Shown in pieces: positions 25,651 to 38,470 of a stretch of 64,000 nt of DNA; position 1 is the first letter of the stretch; each line of letters begins with the position of its first letter. The position numbers were made by a program, and so were the translations under genes. The DNA comes from Macrotis lagotis (Eukaryota). The notes under the pieces were generated by a model. That model searched no databases, was not told the origin of the DNA, and was given only the letters and a program-made list of their open reading frames with translations. Where the stretch lies: the NCBI RefSeq assembly GCF_037893015.1, contig NC_133661.1:187322809-187386808 (forward strand), written 5' to 3'.

Positions 25651-26233
25651 AGAGAAATAGTATTGGATTTGGTGTCAGAGTACTTGGGTTGGGATCCCAC
25701 TTCTGCTACTTAATATTTTTACGGCCCTGGGCGGATGGCTTAACCTGTTTGGTCTCAGTTTCCTCATTTAAAAATGGGCTATATTGAAAATTAGGTAGTC
25801 CTTAAGATTCCTTCAAGTTCTAAATCTATGTTCTCCGTGATAAAATCACAGATCAGTAGAAGTGGAAGGGAGCTGAAGTCTTCTAGTCCATATTTTATAG
25901 TTGAAGAAACTGAGGCTAGGACTGTGAAAGAATCATTAAACACATGGATAATTAATTAGTGGCAGAACTCAAGTCTCTTATCTTTCAGTTCAATGTGCTG
26001 AAAGATAAAAGAGTTTATAGAGTATGAAGTTATAAGACTTTTCTGAGGGAAGTACTGTCTGTGGACAGAGGAAACTCAATGTGGACTGCCCCCAAAATAC
26101 CAAGAGGGCATATTAGCCATTCTTTCTTCTATTTTCTTCACTTTAAAGTTTAACTGCATATATTATTTAATTCCTCCTTAGAATTTCCTGCAACATCTTG
26201 GAGCCTGAGAAAAATCATTGTTTCTACTGAAAT

Positions 26234-26530
26234 ATGTCTATATGTGAAGACATGTTGCTCTGTAATTATCGGAAGTGTCGAATGAGGCTCTCTGGCTATG
26301 CCTGGGTAACTGCTTGCTCACACATCTTCTGTGACCAGCATGGCAGTGGTGAGTTTAGTCGGTCTCCAGCTGTCTGTCCTGCCTGCAATAGTACTCTTTC
26401 TGGGAAGCTAGACATTGTTCGAACAGAGCTCAGCCCCACAGAGGAATACAAAGCCATGGTGTTGGCTGGATTGAGACCAGAAATTGTCTTGGACATTAGC
26501 TCCCGAGCACTGGCCTTCTGGACCTATCAG
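26234..26530 (+). CDS. CCNB1IP1: CCNB1IP1 (HEI10, cyclin B1 interacting protein 1 E3 ubiquitin ligase) coding exon 1. It encodes the RING-like N-terminus MSICEDMLLCNYRKCRMRLSGYAWVTACSHIFCDQHGSGEFSRSPAVCPACN... and ends in phase 0.
   Basis: ATG at 26234. The 99 codons are near-identical to human CCNB1IP1 residues 1-99. Donor cag|gtaaat at 26530/26531. A likely acceptor ccttag| at 26180-26181 gives a 52-nt 5'UTR within the same exon. Confidence 0.92.
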
Positions 26531-27027
26531 GTAAATTATAGCAGTTAGTTAGTTACTCTATCTTTTTTAGAGATTGTGTCTTGCACTGAGTGGACTTTCC
26601 TATTTGCTAACATATGTGTGTTTCTTCTTATTTGTTTAAAAAATGAGCTTTTTGAAGATTTTAATATTTTATTTTGAAATGCTATGATATTGATACTAAA
26701 TATGTATTTGCCCATTTCATAACAATATTAAGTAATATCATCATCAAAAATTGGTATAATGTAATTGAAAAGGAATAATATATTTATTCCTAGGGATAAA
26801 TGAAATCTGGTAAATCTATAAATGATAAATATGAGATGTAAGAGCCTAAAATTGCCCTGTGATTTTAAAAATTAGCATGATGATAGGACAAATATTCTTC
26901 AGGGACAAAAGAGGATCAGTAAGAAAAAAAGACCTGATTACATCATTTAGCAATTGGACCTGGGATTCCAGGGTAACTGTTAAATTTTGAAGCAAATTAA
27001 ATTAATCTTGATTTAAGAATTGTGACA

Positions 27028-27190
27028 AGGGGCGGCTAGGTGGCATAGTGGATAATGCACTGGCCCTGGAGTCAGGAGTACCTGGGTTCAAATCCGGTCT
27101 CAGACACTTAATAATTACCTAGCTGTGTGGCCTTGGGCAAGCCACTTAACCCCATTTGCCTTGCAAAAAAAAAAAAACCTTAAAAAAAAA
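27028..27190 (+). mobile_element. SINE, a young-looking copy close to the consensus. TSD gaattgtgaca. Lies in CCNB1IP1 intron 1.
   Basis: aggggcggctaggtggcatagtggataatgcactggccctggagtcaggagtacctgggttcaaatccggtctcagacacttaataattacctagctgtgtggccttgggcaagccacttaaccccatttgccttgcaaaaaaaaaaaaa. TSD at 27017-27027 and 27191-27201. Confidence 0.92.
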
Positions 27191-27499
27191 GAATTGTGAC
27201 AGAAATCATGATAGATCCTGTGACTTAGGTAATACTATAACTCCATTTTTACAAGAAGGAAGCTAAAGCACAGAAAAAGACAACAGCTTGATCGTATATT
27301 AATACTTGTCATGTTAAGCAGTTTTTACTTTATATGTAAAACTTTACTGCCATGTTAAAACAGATCACTCACAGGCAAAATCTTAATTGTAAATATTGTA
27401 GATTGTACATATGTAGATGGATATTGATAGAAAACACCCATTGATAATAGCAACTTTATTGTACTAGGAAACATTAAATAAATGAAACAGTGACAAGAG

Positions 27500-27690
27500 T
27501 TGGGCAACTAGCTGGCATAGAGGTTAGAATACTGGGCCTAGAATCAGGAAGACTCATCTTTGTGAGTTCAAATCTGACCTCAGATACTTATTAGCTGTGT
27601 GACCCTGAGCAAATCGCTTAAACCTTTTTCCTCAGTTCCCTCATCTGTAAAATGAGCTGGAGAAGGAAATGATAAATTATTCTATTATCT
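27500..27690 (+). mobile_element. MIR-type SINE (sense).
   Basis: ...gagttcaaatctgacctcagatacttattagctgtgtgaccctgagcaaatcgcttaaacctttttcctcagttccctcatctgtaaaatgagctgg. Confidence 0.65.
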
Positions 27691-28644
27691 TTTTCAAGAA
27701 AATCCCAAAGGGAGCCGTAAATCTTGGACAAGACTGAACATCAGCAACAGCAAAAGCAGAGAATTCCTTTGCTGAAATGTTTAAAATGTTATCTGTATAA
27801 ACCTGGTTTCTATGAACTTGTCACAGAAAAGGAAAGCTTAATTTCTGTCATGATGGAAGCTTCCTGGACTTTTGATTCCACATTGAATTTTGAAATTTAT
27901 TACACCAGCTCAAAGCAAAAATAAGACTACTACCAAATACAGTAAAGGAATAACAATAGATAAAACAGGAAAAGAAAGAATCCCTCCTAGAGAGAACCTA
28001 GGAAGAAAATTATCAAAAAAAGAATTGACTAAGCAAACAATGAATAAATACAATGTAGTTAAAAAAAGAAATTTCCAAAAAAGAAAAAGCTACAATTTCA
28101 TCTCTAGAAGAGATAATAGAATAAAGGAAATCTCTGAGCAATTAGAATCACAATAAGAGATATAAAGGAAGAACTGACATCTCTATCTAAGATAAGAAAT
28201 AGGGTTGCTAACCAAAGAATTGAGGAAGCTGAATACAATGAATGACAAAATTGAAAAGATAGTGCAAAATCTCCATAAATCAATGAACTTTGTGATTCAA
28301 TTCATTTCAATAAACATAAAATGTATGCTGTGTGCCCGGCACATAGTTGCAAAGGGTTTTGAAAACTCAACAGAGTATTTTGTAGTTACTCCTGGAAGCA
28401 ATAGAAAATCACTGGAGTTTATCAAGCAGGGGGATGATGACATGATCAGTCTTGCCTTTTAGAAAAATCATATTTGTGGCTGAATGGAGAATGGATTAGA
28501 GTGGGGAGAACTTTGAGGCAGACAAACTCATCAGGAGGAGTAGAATGATTTCAGAAAGAATAAAAAAAAGTGCAGAGGTAGAATAACAAACGTTAGAACA
28601 AAATTAAAGAATGCGAGTATGTAAGGCACGATTTCTTTTAAAAA

Positions 28645-28760
28645 AAGGCAGCTAGGTGACTCAGACCACTTGTCCTGGAGTTATGAGTGCCTCTGGCCTG
28701 GGATACTTACTAGCTGTGTGACCTTAGTTAAGTCATTTAACTCTTAATTGCTCCCTTATC
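28645..28760 (+). mobile_element. MIR-like SINE fragment.
   Basis: ggcagctaggtgactcagaccacttgtcctggagttatgagtgcctctggcctgggatacttactagctgtgtgaccttagttaagtcatttaactc. Confidence 0.5.
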
Positions 28761-28857
28761 CTCTCTCATTCTCTCCCCTCCTCCAATCTCCAAACACACA
28801 TATACAAAGAATCCCACAGAAGTGAAGGTGAAGGTGAAAGTTTGGTGAGACAATCTT

Positions 28858-29012
28858 TTTTTTTTTTTAGGTTTTTGCAAAGCAAATGGGGTTAAGTGAC
28901 TTGTCCAAGTCCACACAGCTAGGTAATTATTAAGTGTCTGAGACCGGATTTGAACCCAGGTACTCTTGACTCCAGGGGCCGTGCTTTATCCACTGCGCCA
29001 CCTAGCCTCCCC
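28858..29012 (-). mobile_element. SINE (antisense). 16-bp TSD ttggtgagacaatctt.
   Basis: Poly-T then aggtttttgcaaagcaaatggggttaagtgacttgtccaagtccacacagctagg...ccactgcgccacctagcctcccc. TSD at 28842-28857 and 29013-29028. Confidence 0.9.
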
Positions 29013-29237
29013 TTGGTGAGACAATCTTAAAATTATTGGTCTCCCAGAAAAATAGTTTGAATACCATAAGGAATGAAACTAATTTCATTTATTAAAGGGA
29101 AATCATAGGTAAGGTAAATCATTTTAGTAAGGAAACACCTTTTTATAGTATTGCCATGAACAATGAGATGTTAAGTGACTTGTCCAGGGTCACTGTTTAG
29201 ATACTACAGGTATCCGGGTTCTTTTCTGTTGACATAA

Positions 29238-29384
29238 TTTTTTTTTTTAATTTAAGGCAGTGGGTTTAAGTAACTTGCTCATAGTCACACAGCTAGGCAG
29301 TTATTAAGTTCCTGAGGTCGGATTTGAACTCAGGTTCTCCTGACTCCAGGGCCAGTGCTCTATTCACTGTGGCACCTAGCTGGT
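29238..29384 (-). mobile_element. SINE (antisense, diverged). TSD gttgacat.
   Basis: Poly-T then aatttaaggcagtgggtttaagtaacttgctcatagtcacacagctaggcagttattaagttcctgaggtcggatttgaactcagg... Confidence 0.8.
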
Positions 29385-30076
29385 CAATGTTGACATTCTT
29401 TTGAAATCAAAGTTCACCTCACCCAAGAATGTAGTTGTCAAAATGGAACTTTATATTTAAGAGGTGAGTCTTGTAAGTAAGCAACTAGGAAGAAGCAGTT
29501 TACATATACATACATACACTCACGAGTTTGAATCATGTAATAACTATTCAACAAAGAGGGGGAATGAAGGGAAAGAATGGCATGAAATATGCTGAAAAGC
29601 AAGAGAATTTAGTTTTCAATCCCAGGTTAGCTAGCCTATAAAATTGAGCACATTTTATCATGGGAAAATATGATTGTCAAAGGAGATTAAAAAACTTGAT
29701 GATGAGAAATGCAGAGTTGAGAATGGTCTTTGCCATGGTAGTTTTGGTTATTTTCTTGATTGCCTTTTTTTGATTATGAGGCCCATTTTTTTCTTAATCA
29801 TTTAATATATTTTTGTCAGATATCTTGAGAATCATTACTTCAACATCCTGAACATTCTGTTGCTTTTAACTCAGACCTTCTTTATATATACTTGGGTCCA
29901 GTTCTTTTTCTTTTTTGATCCTAGTTTTCTTTAAGGATTATTTCTGTTTCTTCATAAAGTACTTTGATGATTGAAATGTTAGAGTACAAAATGTGAAGAA
30001 CCAACTGCCATTTATGGAGAAAATAATTTGTTGTGGAAATAGTTAACATATCTTTTCCATTTATTTGTGTTCATAC

Positions 30077-30222
30077 TTTTTTTTTTTGCAAGGCAAATGG
30101 GGTTAAGTGGCTTGCCCAAGACCACACAGCTAGGTATTATTAAGTGTCTGAGGCTGGATTTGAACTCAGGTACTCCTGACTCCAGGGTTGGTGCTCTGTC
30201 CACTGGGCCACCTAGCCACCCC
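30077..30222 (-). mobile_element. SINE (antisense). TSD tgttcat(a/c)c.
   Basis: Poly-T then gcaaggcaaatggggttaagtggcttgcccaagaccacacagctagg...ccactgggccacctagccacccc. Confidence 0.85.
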
Positions 30223-30289
30223 TGTTCATCCTTTTTTAAAAAAACTAATATTTTATTTATTTTTCCAACTTCTTACAATGTAGTTTTTT

Positions 30290-31010
30290 AAAGAAAGATT
30301 TTATTTATTTTGTTTTACAAATTTTCCCCCATTCTTGCTTCCCTCTCCCCACCCCCCAGAGAAGGTATTCTGTTAGTCTTTACTACAGTGTAGTTTTTAC
30401 CAATCTTTTTTTTTTAAGGGATTGAGTTTTACAATTTTTCTCCTTTCTCACTTTCTCCCTTCCTCCCCCCTGCCCCAGATAAAAAGCTATCTGATATAGG
30501 CTTTACATTTGTATCCATGCTAAACACAGATTGAAATTGAATTTGTTGTGAGAGAAATGGGAGAAAGAAAACATTAGAGATAACAAACTTACATGATACA
30601 ACTTTTAAAAATTGAAGATAATAAGCTTTGGTCTTCATTTAAACACCATAGTACCTTCTCTGGATATGGATGGTATTTTCCATCACAAGTCCCTTAAAAT
30701 TGTCTATTATAATGTTGAAATGAACAAATCTATCATGGTTAATCATCATTGTTAGGAGTGTGTATAATGTTCTGAATGTGCTCATTTCACTCAGCATCAA
30801 TTTATGCAAGTCTTTCCAGGCTTTTCTGAAATCCTGTCCCTCATAATTTCTTTTAGAACAATAGTGTTCTATCACATACATTTACTACAATTTGTTCAGT
30901 TATTCCCCAATTGATGGGCTCCCCTCAATTTCCAATTCTTTACCTCTGTATGTGTTCATTCTTCTAATTTGATCTTTTACCATCTTATTCCAAGTGTCCT
31001 ATAAATTATT
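30290..31010 (-). mobile_element. Two adjacent LINE-1 3'-end fragments (antisense), including the ORF2 C-terminus.
   Basis: Two copies of the L1 terminus motif (gttttacaaattttccccc... and gagttttacaatttttctcc...). - strand ORF 30639-30881 translates MYVIEHYCSKRNYEGQDFRKAWKDLHKLMLSEM (L1 ORF2 C-terminus). Confidence 0.7.
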
Positions 31011-31129
31011 TTTTCCATCATTTCTCTTTATTGTTTTTTCCCTGTCCTTGAGATTTTTTTTTCCTGTAAGATCCTTTATTGATATAGCTCTCTGCTTGGC
31101 AAGGAAATCAAGTAATTCATCTCTAAAAT

Positions 31130-31246
31130 GAAGGAGTTGGGGGCGGCAGACACTTAATAATTACTTAGCTGTGTGGCCTTGGGCAAAACACTTAACCCCA
31201 TTTGCCTTGCAGAAACCTAAAAAAAACAAAAACCAAAAAAAAAAAA
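31130..31246 (+). mobile_element. Internally deleted SINE (sense). 15-bp TSD aaatgaaggagttgg.
   Basis: gggggcggc is joined directly to agacacttaataattacttagctgtgtggccttgggcaaaacacttaaccccatttgccttgcag plus an A-rich tail. TSD at 31115-31129 and 31245-31259. Confidence 0.8.
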
Positions 31247-31799
31247 ATGAAGGAGTTGGTCTAGTTGTCTTCTGGAGTCTCTTCAAGTGATCTATGAATC
31301 CATGAGCCAATGAATTACAGTAGGAACTTATCTTAGTCTATTTAGATGTCTGTTTCTTTATATATTTTTCACATATTTCAGTTTCAACAGTTTAAAAAAT
31401 ATAACATGTCAGAATTGCCTCAATTACATGCCATATTATCTTAGTTTTATTCTTCTAATTTGGCATTGATTTTGATGTTTATATTAACATGTCAGTAGTC
31501 TGATTATACATGGGCAAAAATTATTCCCATATGTATGGCTAGGCATTTCCTATTAGAATATAGACACTATCATTATTTATGGTGATTTTGTTTGGTGTTT
31601 TACTATGTCCAGAATTTTATAATTTTCTTCTTGAAGAAAATATCAAGATACAGGCACAAGACACAATGTGCACTCTCTGCCCCCTTGGACTTTGAACCAT
31701 GTTTGAAAACATGTTTTTCTCCATCTTTTCAACCCCCCCCCCCATTTGCATTAAGGTTACTATTTATTAAAGAATGTGTTAATAAATCCTTTTTAGAAT

Positions 31800-33560
31800 T
31801 TATCTCCTTTCTAGATGGAGAACATCACTAAAAACAAACTAGATGATTTTGATTACATTAAATTAAAATGCTTTTGCACAGATAAAACCCTGTAATCAAG
31901 ATCAAAAGAAATGTAGCAAACTGGGAAACAATCTTTACAACTAATGTTTCTGACAAAGGACTCATTTCCAAAATATATAGAGAACTGAATCGTATTTTTT
32001 TAAAAGAAAAGCCATTCCCCAATTGACAAATGGTTAAAGGATATGCAAAGGCAATTTACAGATGAGGAGATAAAAGCAATCCATAGCCATATGAAAAATT
32101 GCTCTAAATCATTAATTATTAGAGAAATGCAAATTAAAGCTTCTCTGAGGTACCACTTCACACCTCTCAGATTGGCCAATATGACCAGAAAGGATAATGA
32201 TCATTGTTGGAAGGGTTGTGGGAAATCTGGGACACTATTACACTGTTGGTAGAGTTGTGAACTCATCCAACCTTTCTGGAGAGAAATTTGAAACTACGCC
32301 CAAAAAGCAACAAAAATGTGCATACTCTTTGATCTAGCAATACCACTACTAGATCCATACCCTGAAGAGATGATGAAAAAGGGTAAAAACATCACTTGTA
32401 CAAAAATATTCATAGCAGCCCTGTTTGTGGTGGCAAAAAATTGGAAATCAAGTAAATGTCCTTCAACAGGGGAATGGCTTAGCAAACTGTGGTATATGTA
32501 TGTCCTGGAACACTATTGTTTTTTTTTTTAATTTATTTTTTATTTTGTACAAATGAATTTTTTATACATTACTAAAATATTCTTGTTTAAGAGTAAGCAT
32601 AATCCCCCCCCAAATAGACCTGCATGAGTGACAAAGTAAACGAGTGAGAAAAAAATTAAAATTAAAACAAAAAAATAATAATAATAGTAGGTGTGGCCAG
32701 GTGGCTCAGTGGACAGAGCACCGGCCCTGGAGCCAGGAGCACCTGAGCCCAAATCCAACCCCAGACACCAAACAATCACCCAGCAGTGTGACCCCAGGCA
32801 AGCCACCCCAACCCCATTGCCCTGCAAAAACCAAAAAAAAAAAAAGACCCAAAATAAAATAAAATAATAATAATAGTAGTGGGGTGACCGGGTGGTGGAC
32901 AGGGCCAGCCCTGGAGCCAGGAGCACCCGAATCTGAATCTGGTCTCAGACATCCAACTATCACCCAGCTGTGTGGCCCCAGGCAAGCCACCCAGCTCCAT
33001 TTACTCTGCAACCCCCCCTCAAAAAAATAATAATAAAAAATGTGCTTCAGTCTGGGAACATTATTGTTCTATTAGAAACCAGGAAGGATGGGAATTCAGG
33101 GAAGCCTGGAGTGATTTGCATGAACTGATGCTGAGTGAGATAAGCAGAACCAGAAAAACATTGTACACCCTAACAGCAACATTGGGGCAATGATCAACCT
33201 TGATGGACTCGCTCATTCCATCAGTGCAACAATCAGGGACAATTTGGGGCTGTTTGCAATGGAGAATACCATCTGTATCCAGATAAAGAACTGTGGAGTT
33301 TGAACAAAGTCCAAGGACTATTTCCTTTAATTTAGGAAAAATCCCCTGATATCTTATTGTCTGATCTTGTTATCTCTTATACTTTATGTTTCTTCCTTAA
33401 GGATATGATTTCTCTCTCATCACACTCAGTTTGGATCAGTATACAACATGGAAACAATGTAAAGATTGACAAATTGTTTTCTGGGGGGGGTGGGGGGGGA
33501 GGGAAGTAAGATTAGGGGAAATTGTAAAACTCAAATAAAATCTTTAATTAAAAAAAGAAT
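31800..33560 (+). mobile_element. LINE-1 3' portion (ORF2 C-terminus and 3' end), interrupted by a 534-bp composite insertion at 32521-33054 with a 14-bp TSD.
   Basis: ...HCWKGCGKSGTLLHCW...PVCGGKKLEIK...WLSKLWYMYVLEHYC then the insert, then SIRNQEGWEFREAWSDLHELMLSEISRTRKTLYTL... The L1 terminus ggaaattgtaaaactcaaataaaatc lies at about 33520-33560. TSD ggaacactattgtt / ggaacattattgtt. Confidence 0.75.
32691..33018 (+). mobile_element. Two tandem, heavily T-to-C (and G-to-A) substituted SINE-like copies at 32691-32845 and 32879-33018, inside a composite insertion in L1.
   Basis: Copy 1 reads gtgtggccaggtggctcagtggacagagcaccggccctggagccaggagcacctgagcccaaatccaaccccagacaccaaacaatcacccagcagtgtgaccccaggcaagccaccccaaccccattgccctgcaaaaacc. 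Against the SINE consensus, most differences are T>C. Both copies are preceded by aataataataatagtag. Confidence 0.6.
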
Positions 33561-34646
33561 TTATCTCCCTTCCTATTCTTTGCAATAGAGTTTGGTGCAT
33601 AAACGCCTGTTATTTTCCTGACAATCTTTTTGCTTATGCTTATCATGGATAATGCAAGACAAAACGATCAAATACCCTGTGAAATATTACTTCTTTCCTT
33701 TGAATACATGATAACATAAACTCTGAGCTCCTTCGTTAGCTTCTCCAATGAAAACCTGATGGAACTATTTTTCTATTTAGCTACAACTTACTTTAGGCTT
33801 CTGATTTTACTTATAGCAAAAAAAATATCATTGTTGATGGGATTAATTTGTATTAAGCCCATTTATTGGTTTCTGCACAATTCATATTTAGGGTGCCAGC
33901 AAGGAAGTTAATCTTTTAGACAGTCTAAAAATTGTGATTTTTTAGCAGCATTGGCCTTCTTTTCTGTCACCATTATTGCAGAAGAAAGGAAAGGAGCCAC
34001 ATAAGACCATAAATTATTTTTTTTTCCTTATTTTATGTGTTGCCATGGCCAAAGAATTCATCATCAGGCAGGTAGGCTACTCACTGGTGATGAATATCTC
34101 CATACTTAAATAATTTTATTCACAAAAAAGCAGGTACAATTGCTGAAATCATAGTCATATGTTTTATAATTTTTAACATAAGTTAAAAATGAATAAATGA
34201 ACTAAATATAAAATGTTGCTATTAAAAAGTGAGAGGAGAATGAAAAGTTATATCTCTCACAACTATGGCTTGGGGATGAATTTGTAATCAGTCACAACAT
34301 AGACAAATAAAAGACTAAATAAATTATTTTCCTATGAAAATAAAAAAGGTTTTTGTACAGATAAATGAAAAATGAATTACCCATGATTAGACCAGGGAAA
34401 AGATCTTTTTTTTTAAAACCATACATCCTTTTTATTGTTAAGTCATAAAGAGGTATCAAAATTAAAAGAGCAAAATTACAGGAGACTTAATATAACTACT
34501 AGGAGAATTGAAGGAAATGGGAAAGGGACTAGGTGCAGGGCAGAATTAACAAACATGGGAAGGATAAAGTTGGGTACAACAGTGAACATGTGCTGGAAGA
34601 TACTAAGGGAGAGGATCTGGTGAAAAGTTTGATCATAGACAAGCGC

Positions 34647-35750
<1,104 letters not shown>

Positions 35751-36124
35751 TCAAACAGCCACAAGTATAGCTGAAGATCAAAAAAATCTCACCGGTGGGG
35801 AGAGGGAGAAAAGGCTGGATTCTGAATCTCTGACTCCCCAATTCGAAAGCGGGAAAGAAATGGACTACTGTTCCAGATGACCTCTCCAACCGCTGCTACT
35901 ACTTCTCCGTCTCTGTCCAGGGAAAAGATCTTTACACAAATATCTCTGATAACAGTCTGACATGTAGAACAGAGAGTTGACACATATAAGATCAAATATC
36001 ATTCCCCAATTATTAAATGATGAATATAAATTAAATGATTAATGAATAGCAATAATTAATGAGTTAATGAATATATTGAATAAATAAGGAAAACAAGCTA
36101 AAATTAATCCTATCAAGATAGTAA

Positions 36125-36276
36125 CTTTTTTTTTTAGTTTTTTGTAAGGCAAATGGTAAGTGGCTTGCCCAAGGCCACACATAGGTAATTATTAAGTGTC
36201 TGGGACCGGATTTGAACCCAGGTAACTCCTGACTCCAGGGCCGGTGCTTTATCCATTTATGCCACCTAGCCGCCCT
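36125..36276 (-). mobile_element. SINE (antisense).
   Basis: Poly-T then agttttttgtaaggcaaatggtaagtggcttgcccaaggccacacataggtaattattaagtgtctgggaccggatttgaacccagg...ccacctagccgccc. Confidence 0.85.
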
Positions 36277-36624
36277 GATAATAACTTTCTAATCAGAGAA
36301 ATGCAAATTAAAACAGTTATGAAGTCCACATAGTAGGATTGGCAAAGATAGCAAAATTTAGTGTTAATGAAGCAACAGAAATAATTGCACTGATTCATTG
36401 ATGTGGAACTGTGAATTGACCTGACCATTTCCAAAAAAATTATGGATTTATGCAAGAAAAGTTAAAAAATTGTCCATGCCCTTTATCTCTGTAATCCTGT
36501 TACATTTATAGATGTTATATAAAAGTATTCCTAATAATTCAATTTTTACTATTAAAAATAGAAACAAATTATATATTTTTTGTAACACAAGGGTTTTAAT
36601 TTTTTTGCCTTTTTTATTAAATTG

Positions 36625-38470
36625 TTTTTTTATTAAAGATATTTGAGTTTTACAATTTTTCCCCCCAATCTTACTTCCCTCCCCCCACCCCCACCCCCCC
36701 ACGGAAAGCAGTCTGCCAGTCTTTACATTGTTTCCATGTTGTACATTGATCCAAATTGAGTGTGATGAGAGAGAAATCATATCCTTAGAGAAGAGACAAG
36801 AAGTCTTAAGAGGTAACAAGATCAGACAATAAGATATCTGGTTTTTTCCCTAAGTTAAAGGGAATAGTCTTTGAACTTTGTTCAAACTCCACAGCTCTTT
36901 ATCTGGGTACAGATGGCACTCTCCTTTGCAGACAGCCCAAAATTGTTCCTGATTGTGGCACTGATGGAATGAGTGAGTCCTTCAAGGTTGAACATCACCC
37001 CATGTTGCTGTTAGGGTGTATAATGTTTTTTTGGTTCTGCTCATCTCATTCAGCATCAGTTCATGCAAATCCCTTCAGGTTTCCCTGAAATCCCATCCCT
37101 CCTGGTTTCTAATAGAACAATAATGTGCCATGACATACATATACCACAGTTTGCTAAGCCATTCCCCAATTGAAGGACATTTACTTGATTTCCAATTCTT
37201 TGCCACCACAAACAGGGCTACTATGAATATTTTTGTACAAGTGATGTTTTTACTTTTTTTCATCATCTCTTCAGGGTATAGACCCAGTAGTGGTATTGCT
37301 GGGTCAAAGGGTATGCACATTTTTGTTGCCCTTTGGGCATAGTTCCAAATAGCTCTCCAGAAAGGTTGGATGAGTTCACAGCTCCACCAACAGTGTAATA
37401 GTGTCCCAGATTTCCCACAACCCTTCCAACAATGATCATTTTCCTTTCTGGTCATATTGGCCAATCTGAGAGGTGTGAAGTGGTACCTCAGAGAAGCTTT
37501 AATTTACATTTCTCTAATAATTAATGATTTAGAGCAATTTTTCATATGGCTATGGATTGCTTTTATCTCCTCATCTGTAAATTGCCTTTGCATATCCTTT
37601 CACCATTTGTCAATTGGGGAATGGCTTTTTTTTTTTTTAATATGACTCAGTTCTCTGTATATTTTAGAAATGAGTCCTTTGTCAGAATCATTAGTTGTAA
37701 AGATTGTTTCCCAATTTACTACATTTCTTTTGATCTTGGTTACAGTAGTTTTATCTGTGCAAAAGCTTTTTAATTTAATGTAATCGAAATCATCTAGTTG
37801 CTTTTTTGGTGATGTTCTCCAACTCTTCCTTAGTCATAAACTGCTCCTCTTTCCATAGATCTGACATGTAAACTAGTGCTTGATCTTCTAATTTGCTTAT
37901 AGTATTGTTTTTTATGTCTAAGTCCTGTAACCATTTAGATCTTACCTTGGTAAACGGTGTGAGGTGTTGGTCTAATCTAAGTTTCTTCCATACTAACTTC
38001 CAATTTTCCCAGCAGTTTTTATCAAAGAGGGAGTTTTTATCCCAATAGCTGGACTCTTTGGGTTTATCAAACAGCAGATTACTATAATCGTCTCCTGCTT
38101 TTGCACCTAGTCTATTCCATTGGTCCACCACTCTATTTCTTAGTACCAAACAGTTTTGATGACTGATGCTCTATAATATAATTTTAGATCAGGTAGGGCT
38201 AAGCCACCTTCTTTTTTTATTTATTTTTTATTTTTTTATTTTTTAGGTTTTTTGCAAGGCAAATGGGGTTAAGTGGCTTGCCTAAGGCCACACGGCTAGG
38301 TAATTATTAAGTGTCTGAGACCGGATTTGAACCCAGGTACTCCTGACTCCAGGGCCAGTGTTTTATCCACTGCACCACCTAGCTGCTCCTAAGCCACCTT
38401 CTTTTGCATTTTTTTTCATTAAGCTCCTGGAAATTCTTGACTTTTTATTTCTCCACATGAATTCAAATTG
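36625..38470 (-). mobile_element. LINE-1 3' portion (antisense): ORF2 middle and C-terminus plus 3' end, with a nested SINE.
   Basis: - strand ORFs 37075-37464 (MANMTRKENDHCWKGCGKSGTLLHCWWSCELIQPFWRAIWNYAQRA...WLSKLWYMYVMAHYCSIRNQEGWDFRE) and 37790-38149 (NRVVDQWNRLGAK...) are L1 ORF2. L1 terminus motif at 36640-36730. Confidence 0.8.
38216..38389 (-). mobile_element. SINE (antisense) nested in L1. 16-bp TSD taagccaccttctttt.
   Basis: T-rich tail then ttgcaaggcaaatggggttaagtggcttgcctaaggccacacggctagg...ccactgcaccacctagctgctcc. TSD at 38200-38215 and 38390-38405. Confidence 0.9.

Noticed and set aside
32540-33011. - strand ORFs of 101-128 aa.
   Set aside because: These are artefacts of the T-depleted (C-rich) hypermutated SINE tandem, which lacks stop codons. 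The protein is poly-Y/F/G low complexity.
37075-38149. ORFs 37075-37464 - and 37790-38149 - (119-129 aa). Similar ORFs at 47771-47989 -, 50824-51015 -, 30639-30881 -, 5953-6198 + and 32043-32252 +.
   Set aside because: All translate to LINE-1 ORF2 C-terminal or RT motifs (CWKGCGKSGTLLHCWWSCELIQPFW, WLSKLWYMYVMEHYCSIRN). They are decayed transposon remnants, not host genes.
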